Of a stretch of DNA of 64,000 nucleotides, positions 40,001 to 51,842 are shown piece by piece. Under the pieces are notes generated by a model. It saw only the letters and a program-made list of their open reading frames with translations. It was not told the origin of the DNA and made no database searches. The stretch's first letter is position 1; every line of letters starts with the position of its first letter. Source of the DNA: Leptogorgia sarmentosa (Eukaryota); the NCBI GenBank assembly GCA_964658305.1, contig OZ210885.1, positions 930,001-994,000 on the forward strand, in the 5' to 3' direction. Made by a program: the position numbers and the translations under genes.

Positions 40001-43000
40001 AAATGAAAATGTCCTGGATTTATCCAAGACAAAATGAAAATGTCCTGGATTTATCCAAGACAAAGAAAATGTCCTGGATTTATCCAAGACAAAATGAAAA
40101 TGTCCTGGATTTATCCAAGACAAACTGAAAATGTCCTGGATTTATCCAAGACAAAATGAAAATGTCCTGGATTTATCCAAGACAAAATGAAAATGTCCTG
40201 GATTTATCCAAGACAAAATGAAAATGTCCTGGATTTATCCCAGACAAACTGAAAATGTCCTGGATTTATCCAAGACAAAATGAAAATGTCCTGGATTTAT
40301 CCAAGACAAAATGAAAATGTCCTGGATTTATCCAAGACAAGATGAAAATGTCCTGGATTTATCCAAGACAAACTGAAAATGTCCTGGATTTATCCAAGAC
40401 AAAATGAAAATGTCCTGGATTTATCCAAGACAAAATGATAATGTTCTGGATTTATCCAAGACAAAATGAAAATGTCCTGGATTTATCCAAGACAAAATGA
40501 TAATGTTCTGGATTTATCCAAGATAAAATGAAAATGTCCTGGATTTATCGAAGACAAAATGAAAATGTCCTGGATTTATCCAAGACAAAATGAAAATGTC
40601 CTGGATTTATCCAAGACAAAATGAAAATGTCCTGGATTTATCCAAGACAAAATGAAAATGTCCTGGATTTATCCAAGACAAAATGATAATGTTCTGGATT
40701 TATCCAAGATAAAATGAAAATGTCCTGGATTTATCGAAGACAAAATGAAAATGTCCTGGATTTATCCAAGACAAAATGAAAATGTCCTGGATTTATCCAA
40801 GACAAAGAAAATGTCCTGGATTTATCCAAGACAAAATGAAAATGTCCTGGATTTATCCAAGACAAAACGAAAATGTCCTGGATTTATCCAAGACAAAATG
40901 AAAATGTCCTGGATTTATCCAAGACAAAGAAAATGTCCTGGATTTATCCAAGACAAAATGAAAATGTCCTGGATTTATCCAAGACAAAATGAAAATGTCC
41001 TGGATTTATCCAAGACAAAATGAAAATGTCCTGGATTTATCCAAGACAAAATGAAAATGTCCTGGATTTATCCAAGACAAAGAAAATGTCCTGGATTTAT
41101 CCAAGACAAAATGAAAATGTCCTGGATTTATCCAAGACAAAATGAAAATGTCCTGGATTTATCCAAGACAAAATGAAAATGTCCTGGATTTATCCAAGAC
41201 AAAACGAAAATGTCCTGGATTTATCCAAGACAAAATGAAAATGTCCTGGATTTATCCAAGACGAAATGATAATGTCCTGGATTTATCCAAGACAAAATGA
41301 AAATGTCCTGGATTTATCCAAGACAAACTGAAAATGTCCTGGATTTATCCAAGACAAAATGAAAATGTCCTGGATTTATCCAAGACAAAACGAAAATGTC
41401 CTGGATTTATCCAAGACAAAATGAAAATGTCCTGGATTTATCCAAGACAAAATGAAAATGTCCTGGATTTATCCAAGACAAAATGATAATGTCCTGGATT
41501 TAGCCAAGACAAAATGAAAATGTAGAATGTACAACCAATGAACGCGTCATTTACTGTAGGCTAAAGTGTCGTCGAAATGATTTAGTTTTGCATATGTTGC
41601 ATTTGTTGGCCTAATTGTGTTCTGTACGTTAGAATACGTCGCTTTTACTAGTAACCCATCGCCAGAAATCATAACCATCGTCAGCAGTGTTACGCGAAAA
41701 AGCAGTATTTTCAAAGTGGAATTTGAAAAATATTTATTTCATCATAACACATATTTAATAAACCCGACGTAATTCAATGGAAAAAAATCAAGGAAGAAGC
41801 GATTCGTATTTCCCGAAAAAAAAACACTGAATTTAGTTGCTGATGTAGAGCATCTATGGCTCAAATAAGATCGCTTTGTAGGCGGCGCACCCACCAAGTT
41901 TCTAGGCGTCAAAATCCGCTCGAACATTCACACAGAGCAAACAAGCTTTCCACATTTAAATTCTACAGGTTTTTAGCTTCATTTTGATAATATGCTTTGT
42001 GATGGAGTTCCTTTAGTAGCTACTTCCCACGCAATGACTTTCCGAATATCCATAACATGAAGTATGATTCTGATGTTTTTCGAAGTCGTCAAAATCCCGC
42101 TTTTGGTTTGAAAAAAGGAAAGGTCGATATAATTCCGAATAAAATTACTCAGAATTACACAGTTGATGTATTCACAATTTGATTTTCTAGTTTTGCTTGA
42201 ATTACTATATGAGGTCTTAGTTTTCCTATATCCAGCTAAAACGTTTCAAAATTATATTGCCTCGACTCGCGTTACAGTGAGGAATGTTCGGATCGAAAAA
42301 GGAAAGGTGATTTTTCAACTTTGGCCACTGAGTCTTTCCTGTTGGCTTTTAACATTAATTTTTCCAAATAAACTTCACATTTTGTATTTTTTAATTCTTG
42401 TGTTTCAAATTTTAATTTAAAACGGGGTTGTACATGTTATCCTTCTAAATATGTGACCCCATGGTTATGATTTCTGGCGATGAGTCGTAGTGTAACTGTC
42501 CTCACGCAATCATACGTGGCTTGCACAACTATACCCATGATGATATATCGCTCATCCTTTTTGTCTTTCGTGAAATTTTGCATTTGTTGTTTCTAGGAAC
42601 TGAGCTGTACTCACTGTATGATGCTGACACACAACAAGGAGAATCATTCGTGTGTTTCAGTGGAGGAAGTCGCTCAGAAACAACGAGAAATCTTGGAATC
42701 AAATTGCGCCGCACTGAATGAAATATTATCTGAAGGAAACGAAGCATTGAACAACATCTCAGGCGCGATGAAATCTCTTGAAGAAAACGCTTCAGCTATG
42801 AAGGAAAAAATCAAACAACAACAAGAAATTATCGTAAAGAAAGTAGTGGAGAAGCTGAGTGAAAGAGCTGAGAAAATGTGCGAAGAAGTTGATGAGATTC
42901 ATAATAAAGTACATACTGAGTTGAATAAACAGCATGATGAAATGAAGGGGTATATCGATAAAGTACAAGGTGAATTTTTGTTCGACATATATTAAAAGTC

Positions 43001-44970
43001 GTATTTATTTTGTTTGTTTGGGTTTACTATTTATTTGTTGGCGTTTTAAGAGTTTCAATATTCGAAAAGTTTTGCATTGACTATCTGGGGCGGTTGTACG
43101 AAAGGTGAAGCTTCCCAAAACAACCCGTTAGTTGATCCATCCAATTCAGATTAAACTTTGATATTTTAAAGTTGAACTTTCCTTTTATTAATTGCCAGGC
43201 CCATATGTGCAGATTTATAGCTTTTTTCGTATTTTTACAACGGTTGAAAAAATCCCCGATGTAGTCCTGCGCTGAGTACTAGTGTTAAGACATTATACCG
43301 AAATATCAAAATAACTTGCCATCAGCTGGGGCGAGAAAAACTACAACAATATAAGTGTCAGTGAAAACATTTGCTAATTATTTCTGTAATTGTAGCTTTA
43401 CTTTTGTTTCCTTTTTTTTATTATTTTGAGAAAAATTCTAGAGGAAAATCTTGTCTTGTCAGCATGCCCTATGTCACAATTTGTAACATGCTCAGTAATA
43501 CGCTTGTCATTGTAATGGCTATAATTGAATTGTGTTTCTTGATTTTAGGTTCGATTCTTCTGCCACAAAGCCTCTTAACTAAAGGCAGCATTGAAGAAAT
43601 TCTTTCTTCACAAAAAGTGATTGGCGAGAATGTGGAAAAGTTAAAAAATGAGCAACCTAAAGATGCTGAGCCAGTGAATGATGGTGAGATTGAATCATTG
43701 GTTGATGATGTGCCCGAAGTTACTGACGACATCAATGTTGATGATCTCATCATTAAAATGGGTGTTGTAGGTTAGTAAATAATATTTACATTGCAGAACA
43801 ACCAGGCCCATTTGAAGGATCCCTTTTTCTTCCTTAAACGTGTGAGAAAATGCGTACTAGTAACTTGGTTGTATCAAAGGCGTTTACCTTAAGCGGTGGA
43901 TAAAGAAAACTTTGAAACCATTCCTATTCATTTTAGATTGACTCTGTAGCTCTGTGCTTAGTTTTTGTATTTAGAGAAAAAAGTTTAGTTTGCTCGTAGT
44001 CTATATAGTTCATAGATTTGCTTGATATTTTTAGGCAGTTTGAGTTTTCGATACAATCGGTCACAGTACATACTGCATGATTCATTTGTGAATATATATC
44101 TATGGTGACACTGCAGATTCCGATGATTGTAACTGTCAACTATCTGTTAGTACTTTCAGGATCACAATCGAATTTGTCAAAGTCATCCAGTATTCTAAAA
44201 GGAGAGGTTGCATTTATCGAACAACTGCAGCAATGGTTGGGAAACATGTGTAAATGGAATCTTTGTTATCGAGCATCACGTGATGGTTGGCGTGCCCAGG
44301 ATTTCCACCGACTTTGTGACAACCGAGGACCAACGACTGTATTGATTCAGGTCAACAAATACATTTTTGGTGGATTTACGGATCAAAATTGGGGAGGTTA
44401 GTTTAAAATACCTGTTGATAAGGAAGTTAATATTTTGTACACTGGTGACAACGCGCGGGCTACGCGGAACGCACGTGGACGCGGGACACGTGTTACGTGG
44501 GGGTCGAGTTCGAGAGTTCGAATTTTGCACGGCCATATATATATTTACTGTTATAATTATATTTACTAATGAAATTATACTAATTCCTAATGTCATGACT
44601 AACCCTCTCATTCGATAATTTCAATAATTGTTAATTATCTTGTCTTGTTTTTGTTTCTTAAGGTGAGGGTTGGAGATTTTCCAACTTGTCGTTTATGTTT
44701 TCTTTGCGGAATACGGAAAATCTTCCTCCATTCCTTGCGCCCATCGTCAGCCATAACTACGGCTACGCCATCCACTGCCATCCTGCTCATGGTCCGGCAT
44801 TTGGCGGAGGTCATGATGTGTTTATTAGTGAGAACGCTGCTGAAAATCAAAAATCTTTCAGCAACTTTGGTCATTCTTATCAACGACCAGTTTTCACGGA
44901 AAAAACTGGTGGTTTTCTTTTAGCCGGTGGTTATAATTTCAGTCCAACTGAAATAGAAGTTTTTATATGA
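34051..44970 (+). CDS. TRIM-type RING/B-box/B-box/coiled-coil protein with C-terminal TLDc domain, ~555 aa (exons 34051-34344, 35692-35925, 42597-42969, 43549-43770, 44160-44396, 44663-44970)
   Basis: RING CPIC..LPCFHNFCKVC..CPTCR, B-box1 CQCC..CLTC..C..C..H..H, and B-box2 CKKH..YCETCK|ELSCTHC..H..H, followed by a coiled coil. TLDc motifs are WNLCYRASRDGW...FHRLCD..GPT...IFGGFT, SFMFSL, GPAFGGGHD and EIEVF. The total of 1668 nt is in frame. Confidence 0.9.
34613..35175 (-). mobile_element. Crypton-like element e with a remnant recombinase N-terminal ORF, in TRIM intron 1
   Basis: Hairpin at 34620-34767 with apex GCCGAAGGC, IR ATTATTCACTT / AAGTGAATAAT, and CCAATCA at 35141. The minus-strand ORF MAARFPELSEDELSCLLEEKNSDDTKKATKTAVSV resembles the N-terminus of Crypton/DUF3504 proteins. 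AATGCCAA is repeated on both flanks. Confidence 0.7.
36012..41523 (+). repeat. 31-bp satellite, roughly 178 copies, in TRIM intron 2
   Basis: Unit AAGACAAAATGAAAATGTCCTGGATTTATCC with occasional 29-bp variants and internal palindrome TGTC-C-TGGAT-TT-ATCCA-A-GACA. There are no unique spacers. Confidence 0.98.
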
Positions 44971-46210
44971 ATTGAAGTGCTTTTTCATCATAGCACGATG
45001 GCCTTCTTAATCTACAAGTTAAGCTCTTTAACGACATTAATGCTAAAGTCAAGACCAAAACTACTTAACGACAAACAATGTTTGTAATTTTTTAAGAGAA
45101 ACGTGTTTTTTATCCACATCATCCTCCTTGCAAAAATGCAACCCCCGCCATTTTCATAGAACGTCTTATTGTAATTATATGATCGACGGCGATGACTTAG
45201 TTGATACTTATCAAATCTTGGCCATTTCTGTGCAGTTTGTAATGCAATTTTGTCTTTGAGCGATGCATGTACTTTTCAACACATCTTTATACACTTTTTT
45301 CAACACCTGGAAAATAATGTAGTACCCTAGTGTGAAGCTGATTAGTATTTAGGCTTCACAAATTTTTGTAATTTAGTCAGTAGATTATTGTAAATGGCGC
45401 ACGGCCCATTGAAAACCAGCCAAGTCCGCTGAATGGCTTTAAAATATTAAAATTCTAGCTTTTGCAGAAAAACTAACACTGGTGATTTTTTTTAAACTTG
45501 GACATTCACAAAATGTACTTCTTAATATACTGATATCTCAGTACTTTCTTAAAAGACGCGCTCGACGCTCGTATAGCCTCGTTGCGTAGGTCATATAATT
45601 TATTTCCTTTTTAATAATTACTCTGCATGCAATCAAATGCAGAGCGATTTTTGCAATACATGTGGCGGCCTTGTTTGAATTTCGTCAAAAAAAACGCGGC
45701 AAAGAATTCGAGATCATCGTGTGATTACGATTCTACATGAAGTAAGGCAGGACAACACATACGAAACACCTGACTCTTCATTCAACTACTAGATTTTCTT
45801 TCGCTATGTAAATAGTTCCCACGTACTGTTATACATAGTCACATTTTCCCAAAAGATATTTTATCTTCTCACTGCAGCTGTTTTCGCAGTTGTTCACGTC
45901 GTGTAGGTCTTGTCCAACATTTCGGAATCACGTGGAGCCAGAAACGGCCCACGCACACTACAAATGCACACTATAAATAAACTGACATAATAATGACTCG
46001 TGTACTGTATTGTCTTTAAATAGAATTTGAATCATTAAAGTATGTTATTTATCTTTATTGGTCTGAGTGTTTCTAGAGACTGTTTGTATAAATATCTTTT
46101 AATACATAATAATAGAAGTACGTAGCTAGAAGAAGCTAAAATGAAAATAGATTGCGCTGATTGTGAAATGTTTTGGTTTGGGAATTATTTTCCGATTGAG
46201 TTTTGGGATC

Positions 46211-46290
46211 TTCCATATAGGGTAGCCCAGTAAATACGCACGCAGCAGACGCGTATTGTTTTTACGCGTATTTACTGGGCTACTATGGAA
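46211..46290. repeat. Short palindrome / MITE remnant
   Basis: GTAGCCCAGTAAATACGC ... GCGTATTTACTGGGCTAC, with outer TTCCATA/TATGGAA. Confidence 0.7.
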
Positions 46291-46303
46291 GGTTAATAAG
46301 GGC

Positions 46304-46530
46304 AGGCTGCTTTCCAGTTACGCTGTTACGCGTTTGTTTACGTACGTGTACGCACGTAAAAATTGAAATTGATTTTAACGTTAGTTTCTACACAATCACA
46401 TGAATAAATGTAAAGCATCTCGTACTTTGAATGATGTAGTATGTGTTTCTAAATATATTTTATTAAAACATTATTTTAATTTACACTTTACGTTCGTACA
46501 CGTACGTGTGAAAACGCGTAACAGTAAAGC
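46304..46530. mobile_element. Harbinger-like MITE (same family as 53546-53740, opposite orientation)
   Basis: Starts AGGCTGCTTTCCAGTTACGC and shares TACGTGTACGCACGTAAAA and CTTTGAATGATGTAGTATGTGTTTCTA with the 53.6-kb copy. Confidence 0.65.
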
Positions 46531-47570
46531 AGTTTTAATCAAATTCTGCAGCATCGGCGCTCCCATCGATAACCGTTAAAATATCATCATGATCCTCGAT
46601 TTTCAAGCCTTTCAGGTTTACGATCTTAAGTTCTCTGGAAAATTTATTTCGACGAAAGTATAGTGCATCAACAAGGATATGAAAACTTTTTATGATGACC
46701 ATTGTTTACTGTAACGTCGAAATAATATAAATTATTCTAGTGTCGAGATACTCAGTGGCTGCCGTAGTCAATTCACTGCTGCATGTCAGTTGCTAGGATA
46801 CGCGGTTATCTCATCATGTGTTGGCGTTGCACCTGAAAAACTGACTGACGTGTGTATTTGTTGTGTGTACAAACTGCGCAGACAAATTGCAGATAGTAGA
46901 TGTGCGCGTGATGTTACAAGTCAAATAACAAGGAGCAAAAATTCTACGGCTACCTGAACTATACCAACGGATTGGACGTTTCGAGCAAAGGCCCTCATGC
47001 ACTATAATATTAATTGAACGAATCTTTCTGTATCGCTTAGGTAGTGAGTGGAAGTTTTTGCTGCTTGTTTAATATTTTTAGTTAATATTTCTTGTGTGAC
47101 GCATCCACACTTGGCATCAATGCTGATGTTTTCTTAGGATAATTCAGACAGAAATAGCATGAAGCGAGTTCTTGTGTGTTCTGCTTTTGTTCTTTAAAGA
47201 AACGTTTCTAAGGCCAGAAAAAGCGTTTTTACCGCAACACGTGCATTCATACATTACGTGAGTTATTAATTATAGCAATATAAAAGTATTAACGTGCTAA
47301 GAGGATATAGCTATACAACGATGATAGACTCTTGTAAACCGACTAAAGACTGTCATTATACAAAACCTTAGTTTTTTTCTGGGGCAAGTACGTATCAGTT
47401 GCGCAAATTTTACGAATTGGTTTTTATTTCCCACGAAATCGGTTGTTTGCAATGGCGTGGATTTCCCAAAGAGCCACTCTGTGAAAGTATTTCTAATAAA
47501 TCTAATAATAATAGTAATTCCAGGCAAGGCAATGACAAGTATGTCAGTATGACGAAAATCGATCTATTAA

Positions 47571-48608
47571 AGGTGGGTTACAGTCCCTTCTGCGCATGTG
47601 CGCTGAGTTTGTTATGAGTAGGCTACTCATGTTACAATCATAACAAGTTCCCAGTCCTACAGAGTAATAACAACACGCGCGGCCGCCTAATGTTTTCGCT
47701 GTCGTGGCTGCAAGGAGCGATGGCTGATCCAGGCGCGTCAAGTTCCGCAAAAAACCCTTCAAATACTAAGCGCAAGAAAAGAGACGCATCTAAGATATTT
47801 TTATTCGAAGCTTTCGAGAGGTGGAGAGCGTTCAAACAAGAACGCAACGTGAAGACTGACCAGAATGTGGCAGATTTTCTGCTCGATAATTACGCACGGA
47901 GAAACACGTTATGGTGAGTGTGTTGATAATATAACTAAACCTTTGACCTTTTATGATGATTTTACGCTTTAATAATGTACTTCCCTTTACATATTTTATA
48001 TGTATTCGGTGTGGAATCCAGTCGTTTCGACCCCAAGTCGATTCGCCCCAAGTCGTTTCGCCCCCAAGTCATTACATGTCAATTTGTATTTGTAAGAATA
48101 CCCCAAAACTTATTCAATATTCGTTAAAGCTTTTTAGCAAAATATATGAATTACGAATAGGGGTTGATTGTTCTTGTGAAGACAAAGGCCAAAAGCGTAA
48201 AATCATCATAAAAGGTCGAAGGTTTAGTTATATTATCAACACGCTCACCATAACGTGTTTCTCCGTCCGTATTAAATGATCGAGCAGAAAATCTGCCACA
48301 TTCTGGTCAGTCTTCAGGCTGCGTTCTTGTTTGAACGCTCTCCACCGCCCGAAAGATGCGTCTCTTTTCTTGTCATATACCTTTCTAGCGTCAGATCTGC
48401 AACGACGCTTAGTATTTGAAGGGTTTTTGCGGAACTTGACGCGCCTGGATCAGCCATCGCTCCTTGCAGCCCACGACAGCGAAAACATTTAGGCGGCCGC
48501 GCGTGTTGTTATTACTCTGTAGGACTGGGAACTTGTTATGATTGTAACATGAGTAGCCTACTCATAACAAACTCAGCGCACATGCGCAGAAGGGACTGTA
48601 ACCCACCT
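47571..48608. mobile_element. Kolobok-type foldback element with ~400-bp arms
   Basis: TTAA|AGGTGGGTTACAGTCCC ... GGGACTGTAACCCACCT|TTAA, with a TTAA TSD and AG terminus. Arms are 47571-47970 and ~48192-48608, and each holds an ORF start MADPGASSSAKNPSNTKR. Confidence 0.8.
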
Positions 48609-50708
48609 TTAACAGTTTATAAGAGTTGGAGACATTTTAAGTCTTCTCAGATACTGAGAAAAATCCTCTACAAGTTTCATCAATTGAGCAAAAAGTCACG
48701 TACCTCATTTCAAACGAGCAATTGAAAGTTGGGAATGTGTTAGTAGCTGTCATTCAAAATGATTGACAAAACAAATGACGCGTCATGCACAAAGCTTAAA
48801 AAGTGAACTCACTACCGAAAAGATAAATCATTAATGTCGAGCGTAGGTTGTGACCCTTTGGCGAAGGGCCTCAAAGTTGCTTAATCATTTAACGAAACGT
48901 GCATGTTATCATGAGCACGTACATGAAGTAATCAAAATTTATTGACAGCTCATGATATGATTATGATATGGTCGGCATACATGCATGCAGTAGTACATGC
49001 ACTTTTGAATAAAAATACAAACTAAAATACTTTTACCTAGTCGTGGAAACGTTTTGCCCAATTTTCGTAACTGAAGACAAGTTGTATATATTTTGTATAG
49101 TAGTAGTACTGCATATACTGCACGCAAATTTGCAATTCTGCTGTGCGTGTGAAACTGTTCCTTTATTTCATTCTAACTGTATGAACATGTCTTCATCCAT
49201 ACAATAACTTGATCCACACAAATTAAACTTTAGAAAACACTAGCAATAACATTAAAAACAAATAGTAGTGTATAGTGTATAGGAGTGTATAGTAGTGTAT
49301 GGTAGTATATAGTATAGTGTATATGTATAGCATGTGTAGATATGAAATGACGTAATTCGTAAAATTCGTAATTCATTCTCGTTTCGCTCAGCCTTTAGAT
49401 TACGCCTTGTTCTAAAAATAAAACTGCAAATAGAATCTACCTGAAGATAATTATTAAGTCTGCGTCACATCGCTGTGTAGGTTTTGAAAACCCGCGTGGG
49501 TAATTTGTGGCCGTGTGTAACTGCATGTGCTATCAGTGCCCTAGCTGGCCACGTTGCAAACGGCAACATTTACAGTGTGCTTATTGTTTTCTACAGTATA
49601 CTTTATAGATACATACGACGTTTGGCTTCATTTTAAATACGCTGATTTTGATTTAGTTTAAAAAGTTTAACGTGATATTCAGAGTGATATTTATATTATA
49701 GCTATTATAGCATGCCAGCAGCTTGTCAAACACTGGGCTGGGATACAACATGAGTTGCTTTGCATATCTATATATAAATTATACACTGTGTATAGTAGTG
49801 TGATATACAATGATGGCAAATGCTTGCAATTTGCATGGGGTATTGTGAACTTCTGTCAATAATAATGTAGAGTACAATAGCTATAAACAAATTCAAAAAA
49901 ACATGATTATACTGGTCTCTTTTGTATAATCTCTTTTGTATAATAATTTTGCATTCTCCCAGAATGCCAGATCTAGAATTATTTATTTGATCCAGATACG
50001 ATATTGCTGACAGTTACATGCATTGACAAAATTATTTCTAAATCAAATGGATTTAATTAAAACACACACAGTGAGTTTTTTAAGCTTTTGATAGAACTGT
50101 CCCGGAAAGTATATTTTTGAAGCCTTGTGAACCTGCATGTTGTAAAAGATATATCACCGCTGTAAAAGTTTGCCAAATATTGCATCAGGAGTAATTATTT
50201 TTCCTCCAGAAACTGAAAAATCGCATCGCGTTATCGAATCGGGTCTGGTCTGTGTGGGAAAGAGGTCTAATTTTTAATAGCTCAAGTTTGGCACAGATGA
50301 CAAATTATCCGAGTTCAGAGATGCAACAAGGATTAAAAAGAAGCTGGGCTAAATATAAAACGTCTTGTGGTGAAAAATAGAATGTCGTGGCAAGAAGTGG
50401 CAAAACAGACCGACAGTATATTACAGTCACTGATCCCCGATACGATATCAACAATTTATATATGCGTGATAAGATCCACATGTATTTTTCACATAATGAA
50501 TAACAAGAATTATTCACAATGTTCAGTGGTGCTAAATATAAATACAATGCAGCTAAAAGTAGTATTGTATTTACGTCACAACGCTGTTATAATATGATGA
50601 GTGCGTAGGCTTGAATAGCGTACGTAGGATGAAATGTAAAATGTGTCTCGAGGGGAGTTTGTTTGTACACCTGTCGCCATCGCGATCAGCTGATTGGCTC
50701 TGTGAATA

Positions 50709-51842
50709 ATGTATAATTATCTACCTCAAAGTATTATTTGTAAAGTCAAATTATGGCGAGATGAAGCAATGACGATGGCTCTACAGCGTCGTGATCCCAG
50801 TCCTTCAAGACAATTTCCTAACGGAAATTTATCGAGTAATGGCGAAAGCCGTGGTAGAGGTCGTAAGGCTAATGAAGATCAATTAGTTGAACGAATTCGA
50901 CGCTTCAGCAGTCTCTCTCAGGAAGATTTTATGAAGATGAAAAACGCTGAGCAACAAGATGATTTCTTTACACTTCGTAATGCCCAGGATATCACAAACC
51001 CTGATACGAAAAGCGATACCCATTCTTTACTCTCAATTAAGATTGTTCCCAATTCATTTCGACGGATTTTGGGAGTTAAAGAAATATGCTCAAAACAGGG
51101 AACATTTTTACACCGTACGATCGATTTACCGCACAAGCCCGGTGATTCATTGGGATTTTTAATACGGCAAGGTGATGGCTGGTCGAGAACTGATGGCATA
51201 TTTATTTCCAGACTCGTACTAGGCACTGATGTGGACAATTTTGAATTATTGAGAGTTGGCGATGAAATTATTCGAGTGAATAAAGTCGACGTACGAGGTA
51301 TGAACGTTGAAGATGTCAGTGCACTTATGCAAATGGCGAAACGATTAATAATTACTGTTAAAGTTCTCACTCCTTTGTCTAAAAAGAAGTTGTTTGCTTT
51401 AAGCAATGGCGGAACTCGTTCTCGACCCAGTTCAGTTTCTCCTAATCCTAGACAAAATAAAGAAGCGCAAGAAAGACTTAGCATCCCAACACCGAATGAG
51501 CAATATCGAAATATCCCGCGAATGTACAGTCATCAGACAAACTATAAAATCGCAAGTCTGCCAATTGGCAAGTCCGCAAACAATAACAAAGGCAGTCAGT
51601 CGCCAAATTTGTCAAGACCACGTTCGGTAGGCCGATCTCCGACGCCAGGAAAACGAGCATTATCACCGATACACGAATCTAACGATTCTCAAAGCGAACC
51701 GAGTGGGATTCTGACAACTGGCCGACGAAAAAGCCTCGGTGGAAGTAATTCAGTTAGCTGGTCTGATCAAGTATCTACAAATAATACAAGCAAAACAAAC
51801 AGCATAAATAGAACGGCAAAGTCAGGAAAGGCGGGTAGATAG
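50709..51842 (+). CDS. Single-ORF PDZ-domain protein (PDZ resembles the SYD-1/RhoGAP100F type); the true start may be a downstream Met (~50769)
   Basis: 377-aa ORF containing IDLPHKPGDSLGFLIRQGDGWSRTDGIFISRLVLG...LLRVGDEIIRVNKVDV, flanked by Ser/Pro/Arg-rich low-complexity regions. Confidence 0.8.
   Translation: MYNYLPQSIICKVKLWRDEAMTMALQRRDPSPSRQFPNGNLSSNGESRGRGRKANEDQLVERIRRFSSLSQEDFMKMKNAEQQDDFFTLRNAQDITNPDTKSDTHSLLSIKIVPNSFRRILGVKEICSKQGTFLHRTIDLPHKPGDSLGFLIRQGDGWSRTDGIFISRLVLGTDVDNFELLRVGDEIIRVNKVDVRGMNVEDVSALMQMAKRLIITVKVLTPLSKKKLFALSNGGTRSRPSSVSPNPRQNKEAQERLSIPTPNEQYRNIPRMYSHQTNYKIASLPIGKSANNNKGSQSPNLSRPRSVGRSPTPGKRALSPIHESNDSQSEPSGILTTGRRKSLGGSNSVSWSDQVSTNNTSKTNSINRTAKSGKAGR

Noticed and set aside
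37163..41023. ORFs MKMSWIYPRQ... in the ORF track
   Set aside because: They are translations of the satellite opened by 29-bp variant units.
36012..41523. CRISPR-like array of palindromic ~31-bp repeats
   Set aside because: The units are contiguous with no unique spacers, there are no cas genes, and the context is a eukaryotic intron.
50918..51484. 188-aa antisense ORF, and similar antisense ORFs over ADAM and TRIM exons
   Set aside because: These are shadows of real coding sequence on the other strand and have no recognisable motifs.
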